64,000 bases of DNA from Candidatus Zixiibacteriota bacterium (GTDB taxonomy: Bacteria; RBG-13-66-14; B26-G2; WVWN01), in assembly GCA_050117845.1 (NCBI GenBank), contig JASFLY010000002.1, forward strand, positions 64,001 through 128,000. The letters are read 5' to 3'. The notes below the pieces were generated by a model. That model was not told where the DNA came from. It did not search any database and was given only the letters and a program-made list of their open reading frames with translations. A program made the position numbers and the translations under genes. Shown here in pieces: positions 47,216 to 54,580 of this stretch; the stretch's first letter is position 1; every line of letters starts with the position of its first letter.

Positions 47216-47397
47216 GAAAATGTTGCGGCGTCGTTCACCGGCCTGTGGGTATGAAACGTCCACATGATTTAGGAAAATGTTGGGGCGCCGTTCAGGGGCT
47301 TGTGGGTACGGAACGTCCACATGATTTAGGAAAATGTTGGGGCGGCCTTCGTCGGTCTGTTGCTATTAGGGGTGCTATTGATTTCGGAAAATGTTAT
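47170..47397 (+). repeat. Four degenerate tandem 57-bp repeats
   Basis: Core (A/T)TGATTT(A/C)GGAAAATGTT starts at 47207, 47264, 47321 and 47378 (exact 57-bp period); the first unit is the 3' end of the QueT-family gene. Confidence 0.92.
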
Positions 47398-47411
47398 AAT
47401 GGTATTAGAAT

Positions 47412-47540
47412 ATGGTGGACCATGAAAAAACGGTATTATATTGCGGCCTTGCGGCGTTAGCCGGGGCCGCGTTTTTCGCGGGGGGCGCCCTCGCCGTCAC
47501 CCCCACCTCCCTGGGCCGCGTGAAGGCGCTGTTTAAATAG
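47412..47540 (+). CDS. 42-aa micro-ORF or pseudogene: signal peptide fused directly to the SLGRVKALF tail
   Basis: MVDHEKTVLYCGLAALAGAAFFAGGALA-VTPTSLGRVKALFK*; the leader is nearly the same as that of the 50323 gene. Confidence 0.65.
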   Translation: MVDHEKTVLYCGLAALAGAAFFAGGALAVTPTSLGRVKALFK

Positions 47541-47555
47541 GAGGGATAAACCTTT

Positions 47556-48533
47556 ATGCTGCGTAAAACCCTCGTTTGGATCGCAGCCTTAGCGGCATTG
47601 GCCGTAAGCGCGTCGGGAATCGGTTTTATTTATGATAAACAGTGGGGATCGTACGGGACCGGCGACGGCCAATTCCGGTACCCGTATGACGTGGCCTCCG
47701 ACAACGGCGTTAACGTGTACGTAATTGACACCAATAATCACCGCATACAATATTTCGACTGGGACGGCTCTTTCCGCGGCAAATGGGGTTCGTACGGTAG
47801 TGGGGACGGTCAGTTCGATACGCCGGAAGGGATAGAGTACGGCTTTGGGGGTGTCGTTTACGTCGCCGATACTGGTAACCATCGGATTCAATCTTTCACC
47901 TTTGCCGGATCTTTCCGCGGCAAATGGGGCTCCCCAGGTTCCGGCAACGGCCAATTCCAAAACCCCCGGGAACTCGCCGAAGGCCCGACCGGCAACGTGT
48001 ATGTCGCCGACACCGGAAACCACCGTGTCCAATATTTTAATCATCATGGTTCCTATCTCGGTAAGTGGGGCACGTATGGAGTTGGGAACGGCCAATTCAA
48101 CTCCCCCTCTGGTATAGTAGTCGTCCCGGAAACCGGACGCGTATTCGTAGCGGATACGGGCAACGACCGGGTGCAGGTATTTACTTCTGCCGGTTCTTTT
48201 TTAGGAAAATGGGGAAGCTCCGGGTCCAGTAGCGGCCAGTTTAATAGCCCTACGGGCGTCGGCCTCGTAAACGGTCGGTACGAGGATTACATTTTAGTCG
48301 CGGACCGCGGCAACCACCGCGTCCAGGTATTTACCGCGGACGGCGCATTCCAAGGGCTTTTCGGGGGCCTAGGTTCCGGTAACGGCCAATTCAATACGCC
48401 GCGAGGGGTTGCGGGACACAGTCAAACGACCTTTATCGCCGATACGAACAACCACCGCATTCAATTCTTCCATGATGACACCTCCCGAGTAACCCCCGCC
48501 TCCCTCGGCCGGGTGAAGGCGTTGTTCAGGTGA
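47556..48533 (+). CDS. Exported NHL-repeat 6-bladed beta-propeller with C-terminal VTPASLGRVKALFR
   Basis: Signal peptide; six WGxxGxGxGQFxxPxGxA..VYVADTGNHRIQ repeats. Confidence 0.93.
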   Translation: MLRKTLVWIAALAALAVSASGIGFIYDKQWGSYGTGDGQFRYPYDVASDNGVNVYVIDTNNHRIQYFDWDGSFRGKWGSYGSGDGQFDTPEGIEYGFGGVVYVADTGNHRIQSFTFAGSFRGKWGSPGSGNGQFQNPRELAEGPTGNVYVADTGNHRVQYFNHHGSYLGKWGTYGVGNGQFNSPSGIVVVPETGRVFVADTGNDRVQVFTSAGSFLGKWGSSGSSSGQFNSPTGVGLVNGRYEDYILVADRGNHRVQVFTADGAFQGLFGGLGSGNGQFNTPRGVAGHSQTTFIADTNNHRIQFFHDDTSRVTPASLGRVKALFR

Positions 48534-48633
48534 CGGCGGCGACCGAAGGATTTTAAGTGGAGGCCCCGGCCCTCGGCCCGGCGCTTTTCGACCTTCCCCG
48601 TTAACCTCCCGAAGCTTCAAGGAGGCACCCGAG

Positions 48634-49602
48634 ATGAGACGCACTTTAATTATCGTTCTGGGCGTACTGACGCTCGCCGCGGCGGCCGCCGCCACGGACT
48701 GGACTTACGCGGGGAAGTGGGGTTTGCCCGGAACCGGCAACGGCCGGTTCAACCAACCCGACGGCGTCGCCGTGGCCTCGGGCGGCGACGTTTACGTCGC
48801 CGACGAGTGGAACCACCGCATCCAATATTTCACCGCGACCGGCTCGTTTCTCGGGAAGTGGGGCTCGTCGGGCACCGGCGACGGCCAATTCCAATACCCC
48901 AGCGGCGTGGCCGTGGCCCCGAACGGCGACGTCTACGTTACGGACCGGATGAACGAGCGCGTACAATACTTCACGTCGGCCGGTTCGTTTATCGGCAAGT
49001 GGGGTTCGTTGGGCCCCGGCGACGGCCAATTTTACCTCCCGCGGGGCGTGGCCGTGGCCCCGAACGGCAACGTCTACGTCGCCGATTGGGGTAACGACCG
49101 CATCCAGTACTTCAACTCCGCCGGCTCGTTTCTGGGCAAGTGGGGCGGCCACGGTACGGCCAACGGCCGGTTCGACGGCCCGGCCGGCGTGGCCCTGGCC
49201 CCGGGCGGCGACGTCTACGTCGCCGACGGCGACAACAACCGCATCCAATATTTCACCGCGACCGGCTCGTTCCTCGGCAAGTGGGGTTCGCACGGCGCGG
49301 GCGACGGCCAATTCAACGACCCGTACGGCGTGGCCGTCTCGGCCGGGAACTACGTTTTCGTAACCGAAAGGCAAAACGACCGCGTCCAGTATTTCACCGT
49401 CGCCGGGTCCTTCCTGGGCAAGTGGGGTTCGTTGGGAACCGCCAACGGCCGATTCGACGAGCCGGAGGGCATCGGCGTCAACGCCGGGGGCGACAGGATT
49501 TACGTGGCCGACAACCAGAACGACCGCGTCCAATACTTCCGCCCCTCCGACCCCGCGGTGGAGCCCGCGTCCCTCGGCCGGGTGAGGGCGCTGTTCAGGT
49601 AA
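48634..49602 (+). CDS. Exported NHL-repeat 6-bladed beta-propeller with C-terminal VEPASLGRVRALFR
   Basis: AAGGAGG RBS; signal peptide; six KWG..G.G.GQF..P.GVAV..VYVAD..N.RIQYF repeats. Confidence 0.93.
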   Translation: MRRTLIIVLGVLTLAAAAAATDWTYAGKWGLPGTGNGRFNQPDGVAVASGGDVYVADEWNHRIQYFTATGSFLGKWGSSGTGDGQFQYPSGVAVAPNGDVYVTDRMNERVQYFTSAGSFIGKWGSLGPGDGQFYLPRGVAVAPNGNVYVADWGNDRIQYFNSAGSFLGKWGGHGTANGRFDGPAGVALAPGGDVYVADGDNNRIQYFTATGSFLGKWGSHGAGDGQFNDPYGVAVSAGNYVFVTERQNDRVQYFTVAGSFLGKWGSLGTANGRFDEPEGIGVNAGGDRIYVADNQNDRVQYFRPSDPAVEPASLGRVRALFR

Positions 49603-49662
49603 TAACACCCGCTCGGCGCAGCGTACCGGACCGGCCGCCGAGTATAATCGGGGGTAAGAATC

Positions 49663-50256
49663 GTGGGCGACGCCGGAATCGTCATCACGGAAGCCGAAGA
49701 GGGAGACCTCCCGTTCCTCCTCGGGATGTGGAATGACGTTGCCGTAATGCGTTATTGCGGTTATCCCGAGGGCAAAGGCTGGACCGGCGAGGACATCGCC
49801 AAATGGTGGCGGTATTACCTGAACAACCGCGCCGAGTACGGCGCCGAGGAGACGCAATTCGTCCTCCGAATTCCGGACGGGACGCCCGTAGGCGAATCCT
49901 GCGTAGGGCGCGTGCCCGAAGGTTTCGCCGAGGGCGATTGGCGCAAACCGCCGGGCGTCCGATGTCTCATGGCGGACGTTAAACTCACGCCGCCGTGGTG
50001 GGGCCGGGGCCTGGGAACGGTCGGTATGCGCCTGGTAACGGCGTTCGTATTCGAACAAACGTCGTGTGAATTGTTCGTCGTACCGCCGCACCACGATAAT
50101 CCCGCCGCCGTCCGCGTTTACGAAAAAGCCCGTTTCGAACACACCGGCGTATACGCTTGGCCCGGCCATGAGATTATGGAAATGAGCCGTGACGCCTACG
50201 CTTCTCCCCACCTCGGGCAAAGTGAAGGCGCTGTTCAAATAGACCGCGGACGGTGA
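49663..50256 (+). CDS. GNAT (RimJ/RimL-like) N-acetyltransferase
   Basis: WWGRGLGT acetyl-CoA motif, NPAAVRVYEKARF; TATAAT at 49643-49648 upstream. Confidence 0.85.
   Translation: MGDAGIVITEAEEGDLPFLLGMWNDVAVMRYCGYPEGKGWTGEDIAKWWRYYLNNRAEYGAEETQFVLRIPDGTPVGESCVGRVPEGFAEGDWRKPPGVRCLMADVKLTPPWWGRGLGTVGMRLVTAFVFEQTSCELFVVPPHHDNPAAVRVYEKARFEHTGVYAWPGHEIMEMSRDAYASPHLGQSEGAVQIDRGR
50186..50242 (+). pseudogene. Out-of-frame remnant of the SLGRVKALF tail (AVTPTLLPTSGKVKALFK*)
   Basis: GGCAAAGTGAAGGCGCTGTTCAAATAG in the +1 frame of the GNAT 3' end, preceded by an in-frame TGA at 50183. Confidence 0.75.
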
Positions 50257-50267
50257 CGTACGTACTG

Positions 50268-50297
50268 TTGATTCGAGGGTACAGCGCGTGTTATACT
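50268..50297 (+). promoter_or_regulatory. sigma70-type promoter for the 50323 gene
   Basis: TTGATT-18 nt-TATACT with TGn; AAGGAG RBS follows. Confidence 0.6.
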
Positions 50298-50322
50298 AAC
50301 TACACGAGGAAGGAGTGGCCTT

Positions 50323-51063
50323 ATGGGGAAAAACGTATTGTATTGCGGCCTGCTGGCGTTAGCCGGGGCCGCGTTTCTCGTGGGCGAGGCGGCCGGGGCC
50401 TGGGAACTCGTGGCCTCCTACGCCACGCCGACGTCGAATCCCCGCGGCTACTACGCCCACCCCGACGGCGGCTGGCTCGTGGACGATTCGGAGCCGGCGC
50501 GCGTCTTGCATGTATATTGGCCTTCGGGTTCCGTAGCCGCCAGTTTCACGGCGCCGGGGGGCGGCGGGGCGTTCGGCGTTTGCCGCGGCCCGGGCGGCCA
50601 TCTGCTGGTCTCGAACGCCACGTCGTCCATGATTTACGAGACGTCGACCGCGGGCTCGGTCTACAACTCGTTCACCTGCCCCGTCGCGGGGCCGGCGGAC
50701 ATGACCTCCGGGTATTCCGGCAACTACGCCTGCATCGCTATTCCCGACGCCAACGTCCTGGCCCGGGTGGACATGACGACCGGCTCGCTCGTGTCCACGG
50801 CGGCGGGGCCGGGCGCTCGCCCCACGTCGTGCTGCGGCCACGACGTGGGTTTCGTCGCCGACGAGGCCACCCACACCATCTACCTTAACGGTTCGCCCAT
50901 TATTACCGGCGTCCAGACGCCCGTGGGCGTGGACGAGTTGTCCACCACCGACGGCACGTTCCTCTACGTCGTCGACGACGCCACGGATTATTGTTACATG
51001 TACCGGAGCGACGTGGCGGTGGCGCCGGCGTCCATGGGCCGAGTGAAAGCGCTGTTCCGGTAG
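50323..51063 (+). CDS. Exported beta-rich (propeller-like) hypothetical protein with C-terminal VAPASMGRVKALFR
   Basis: Signal peptide; repeated TGSxxxSFxxPG-like units; same tail as neighbours. Confidence 0.85.
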   Translation: MGKNVLYCGLLALAGAAFLVGEAAGAWELVASYATPTSNPRGYYAHPDGGWLVDDSEPARVLHVYWPSGSVAASFTAPGGGGAFGVCRGPGGHLLVSNATSSMIYETSTAGSVYNSFTCPVAGPADMTSGYSGNYACIAIPDANVLARVDMTTGSLVSTAAGPGARPTSCCGHDVGFVADEATHTIYLNGSPIITGVQTPVGVDELSTTDGTFLYVVDDATDYCYMYRSDVAVAPASMGRVKALFR

Positions 51064-51272
51064 GGGTAAGCCGGGTGAGGGTACCGGCGAGGATATTTAA
51101 TACTTAATCCACATTGAGGTCAGCTTTGGCGGGACAAAACGGAATCCTGTAGGCGGTCCGGCCCCGGGCGATGCGGGGCACGGACCGTATTTATGTTAAT
51201 ATAGCTCGCGAGCCGGCGGGGGTTCCGCCGCGGCCGTATTAACCGGGGGCGTTTGGGAACAAGGGGGCAACA

Positions 51273-52124
51273 ATGAAAGTGGCGGTACCGGTCGCTACGG
51301 CGCTGGCGATTGCGGGGGCGGCGTTCGCGTACGACGCGAGCGACGGCGCATATCCCGAGATTCACTGCAAACACTTCTTCTACGGTTACCCGACCGGCGC
51401 GCCGTTAACCAACGACATGATTATCCGCGACATCTACGCGTTGTCGTCGAACGACGAGACCAAGTTCGCCGATTGGGTGGCGTATCGCCTGGACGAAGAA
51501 ACCGTTACCGGCCCGTCCATCGATTACGATTACTGGAAGACGGAACCATGGCTCGACGCCGCCGAAACGCTGGAAGCCAAACCGCCGGCCGACGACGACT
51601 ACCGGGGCGCCCGCGCCGAACTCGGGACCGACCGCGGCCACCAGGCCCCGCTGGCGGCGTTCAAGGGCACCGATTGTTGGAAGGAAACCTTTTTTTATTC
51701 CAACGCGACGCCCCAGAAAAAAGAGCTGAACCAGGGCCCGTGGAAAAACCTCGAGGAGCGGGTCCGAGGTTTGGTTTACGCCGGCCACGTAGTCTACGTA
51801 ATGACCGGGCCGCTGTACGAATACGGGACGGAGGGCGAGATACCGAAACTCCCGCACGCCGACGAGCCCCACCTCATACCCTCGGCCTATTGGAAGATAG
51901 TCGCAATCCGACCGACGACCGATCCCGACTCCATCCGCGCCGCCGCGTTTATCTTCGAACAGGACACGCCCCGAAACGACGCCGTACTCGGCCACTTGGC
52001 CACCGTGGCGGCCGTCGAGGACAGGAGCGGCCTTATCTTTTTCCGCGAACTCCCGGCCGGGGACCAGACTCGAATAAAGAACGACAACCACGCCACGTGG
52101 GCGGCGGAGTATTTCGGCCCCTGA
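51273..52124 (+). CDS. Exported DNA/RNA non-specific endonuclease (NucA/EndoG, betabetaalpha-Me)
   Basis: Signal peptide; ADWVAY, DRGHQAP, SNATPQ..LNQGPW..LE, TGPLY, IPSAYWKI. Confidence 0.93.
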   Translation: MKVAVPVATALAIAGAAFAYDASDGAYPEIHCKHFFYGYPTGAPLTNDMIIRDIYALSSNDETKFADWVAYRLDEETVTGPSIDYDYWKTEPWLDAAETLEAKPPADDDYRGARAELGTDRGHQAPLAAFKGTDCWKETFFYSNATPQKKELNQGPWKNLEERVRGLVYAGHVVYVMTGPLYEYGTEGEIPKLPHADEPHLIPSAYWKIVAIRPTTDPDSIRAAAFIFEQDTPRNDAVLGHLATVAAVEDRSGLIFFRELPAGDQTRIKNDNHATWAAEYFGP

Positions 52125-52390
52125 GACGCTTCCAACGAAAGGAGGACCACCGCGTTTTAAATTCTACCGGAAACCGGAGTATGTTTTACGGTTCGATATC
52201 GTGAGGGTCGATATGCCGGGCCCCGGTAAATTTCCGGTCACCGGGGGCGGGGTTGTACCCGCTCCAAGCGGCGCAATCCACCGTAGCCGCGGGTAACGGG
52301 TACTACCGCGAAAAGGTCGTTAACACCCGCTCTTTGTGAGTTAACAACCAGGCGGAACGCAAGTCGTATAGGAGGAGGTGCGCGGGCGAG

Positions 52391-54436
52391 ATGAAAAATC
52401 CCCTTCGTCCAAGCTTTGACTTTATTTCCCGTCAAATGCGCAGGTTTTACGAATACGCGAACCGGGCTCCGGCCGAGGTCGCGGCCATCGTCATATTCTG
52501 CGGGGCGGCGTTCATCCGACTTCTCTTCGTCGAATACGGCCTCCCTTACACGTACTTCTGGGACGAGACGGCCGTCGTAACGGCCGCCCGGGATATGATA
52601 ATTAGAGGGCAGCTGTGGCCCGAAGATTTTTATAATTACCCTTCCGCGGTAATTAACCTCCAGGCGGTGACCTCGGTCATCTCCTATCTGTACGCGCTCG
52701 GGAAGTCTCCGGTTTTCCTGACCTTCGAACAGATACCGATAAGGCGCTTCTACGTACTGGGTCGGACCATGATGGTGGCTTTCTCCGTGGCCAGTATCGT
52801 TTTCACGTATCGTTTCGCCGCCGACGTCTGGAAGAAGCCGTGGTGGGGAGTCGCGGCCGCCGCCCTTCTGGCCGTAAGCCACCACTATATAACGATAAGT
52901 CGCCAAATAGGCGTGGACGTGCCGATGGTGGCTCTGGTGATGGGGGGGACGTACTTCCTTTTCCGTTTCGGCCTGACGTCATCCCGCCGCGACTTTATAG
53001 TCAGCGCGATTTTATGGGGCGCCGCGGCCGGCACCAAATACACCGCCGTCCTCTTCGCTCTCCCCATAATCGTAACGTTGATGGCCTGGCGCCAACCGTT
53101 CCGGCGGTTCGCGGCCTTCGGCGCAATCGCGGCCGGGACTTTCTTGGTACTCACTCCGGGCGTCGTCTTTAAAATGAACGAGTTTCTCCGCGATTTCGCC
53201 TTCGAATACCACCATTACAAAGTACTCGGCCACAACTTCTTGACGTCGGACCAACCGCTCCCCAAACTTACGGAATTCCTGTTGGAGTATAACTTCACGC
53301 TCCTGCCGGTCGTATTCCTCGTCGTCGGGATCGGCGTTTTAGCGGCTTCCCGGCGCAAGGACTGGTTGTTATTTCTGCTTTTCCCGGTCACGTTCGTAAT
53401 TGCGATAGCCAATCTCCGCATCCCTTCCCGTCGGTTCGTAATCGACATCCTGCCCTTCCTGGCGTTGCTTTTCTGTGCGGGCCTGGGTACCGTCGTGGAA
53501 TTCCTGTGGCGGTTGAAGCGTAAACCGTTGAAAACGGCCGCGGCCGTGGCCCTCGTGGCCGTCGTCTTTTTCGGGCCCGCCCGCCTCGCCTACGAGGGAA
53601 TGGTGGCGTGGTCCCATACCGACCAGCGTACGTTGGCGGCGGAATGGATACAAGAGAACGTGCCGTGGCCGGCCGTCGTCGTCAAAGAGGTTTGGAACGG
53701 CCTGGAGAGAGAGAAGGGGGGAGAAACGGACGCGGCGCCCATAGACCCCGGGAAGTACGAAATCGTAACCGTCGACTGGCTCACCCGCAAATCGGCCAAA
53801 CATTGGTTGAAGGGAGGGGCCGTATATTACTCGTGCCACATGAGAGCGTCGAGGTATCCCGGCCGCGCCTGTTTCGACCGCGGGGCGTTGAAGGGAACCC
53901 ACGGCGATAACGCCGCGTTCTGGGGCAACTTCAAGTTGGTGAAATCGTTCCCGCCCCCGCGCCTGGCCCCCTACTGCGAACCGATGTGCATCTATCGGCT
54001 CAGGGACAATAAGCTCAAAAAGCGCCACCCGTACCGGCGCGTACTGCCGCTGAAAGAATGCCTCGTTAAGAAGGCGACCTGCCCCCACGAAGTGATAAAA
54101 CGGGAGAAGGGGAGTTTCTGTTTGCCGGAAAACTCCCGCCTCGGCGTCTATTTCACCGCTCCCGCGCGCCCTTACAGGATAGGTCTACGTTGCGACGGCG
54201 CGCCGGTTAAAGGCGTAGGGCCGCACCTGCGCGTATCCGTGGACGGCGAAGAGGCGGCGGATATCCACGTTACCGGCCCCGGCGTTTACTATACCCCCGA
54301 ACTCGCCGCGCCGCCGCCCTTCTACCGGCACCTGTTGGTCGAATACTACAACGACGATACCCAGGAAGGAGACCGTAACGTAACGATCTCCGGCATTTTC
54401 GTGGAAAAAGCGGGCAAGCCGGCCGCCGGTTCCTAG
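52391..54436 (+). CDS. GT-C (family 39/ArnT-PMT-like) membrane glycosyltransferase with extracytoplasmic C-terminal domain
   Basis: YFWDE loop after TM1, about 11 TM helices, GTKY; C-terminal LRVSVDG...EYYNDD..GDRNV. Confidence 0.8.
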   Translation: MKNPLRPSFDFISRQMRRFYEYANRAPAEVAAIVIFCGAAFIRLLFVEYGLPYTYFWDETAVVTAARDMIIRGQLWPEDFYNYPSAVINLQAVTSVISYLYALGKSPVFLTFEQIPIRRFYVLGRTMMVAFSVASIVFTYRFAADVWKKPWWGVAAAALLAVSHHYITISRQIGVDVPMVALVMGGTYFLFRFGLTSSRRDFIVSAILWGAAAGTKYTAVLFALPIIVTLMAWRQPFRRFAAFGAIAAGTFLVLTPGVVFKMNEFLRDFAFEYHHYKVLGHNFLTSDQPLPKLTEFLLEYNFTLLPVVFLVVGIGVLAASRRKDWLLFLLFPVTFVIAIANLRIPSRRFVIDILPFLALLFCAGLGTVVEFLWRLKRKPLKTAAAVALVAVVFFGPARLAYEGMVAWSHTDQRTLAAEWIQENVPWPAVVVKEVWNGLEREKGGETDAAPIDPGKYEIVTVDWLTRKSAKHWLKGGAVYYSCHMRASRYPGRACFDRGALKGTHGDNAAFWGNFKLVKSFPPPRLAPYCEPMCIYRLRDNKLKKRHPYRRVLPLKECLVKKATCPHEVIKREKGSFCLPENSRLGVYFTAPARPYRIGLRCDGAPVKGVGPHLRVSVDGEEAADIHVTGPGVYYTPELAAPPPFYRHLLVEYYNDDTQEGDRNVTISGIFVEKAGKPAAGS

Positions 54437-54514
54437 GGGCAAAGAAAGCCGCCCCCCGGGGTGCGGCGTTCTTTTGCCTAAAACCCGTTACGTACTAATC
54501 CACCCCGCTATAAC

Positions 54515-54549
54515 AAGCGGCGCCGGCTGTCGCCAACCGGCGCCGTTTC
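54515..54549. terminator. Hairpin terminator between convergent genes
   Basis: AAGCGGCGCCGG-loop-CCGGCGCCGTTT. Confidence 0.6.
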
Positions 54550-54580
54550 TACATCAACTCGAAAGCCGTCGCCTATGCCG

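Noticed and set aside
47170..47397. Possible mini CRISPR array (conserved core plus variable part, 57-bp period)
   Set aside because: The 'spacers' are homologous to one another and to the upstream gene end, and there are no cas genes in the window; it is a tandem duplication.
46462..47460. 332-aa ORF with repeated HDLGKCWG peptides
   Set aside because: Shadow frame over the QueT-family gene; the peptide repeat simply reflects the 57-bp DNA repeat (a multiple of 3).
47556..49602. Diversity-generating retroelement or reverse-transcriptase-linked repeats
   Set aside because: The repeats are ordinary in-frame NHL blades; no reverse transcriptase or adenine-specific TR/VR pair was seen.
47412..51063. 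Classical integron cassette array
   Set aside because: No RYYYAAC...GTTRRRY attC hairpins were recognised between the genes and no tyrosine integrase is in the window.
51273..52124. Endonuclease as a further tail-bearing member or as a defence-system nuclease
   Set aside because: It ends in WAAEYFGP without the motif and has a signal peptide, consistent with an ordinary secreted nuclease.
52125..52390. Possible structured RNA or riboswitch upstream of the GT-C gene
   Set aside because: Only short hairpins; no recognisable riboswitch consensus by eye. A covariance-model search would be needed.
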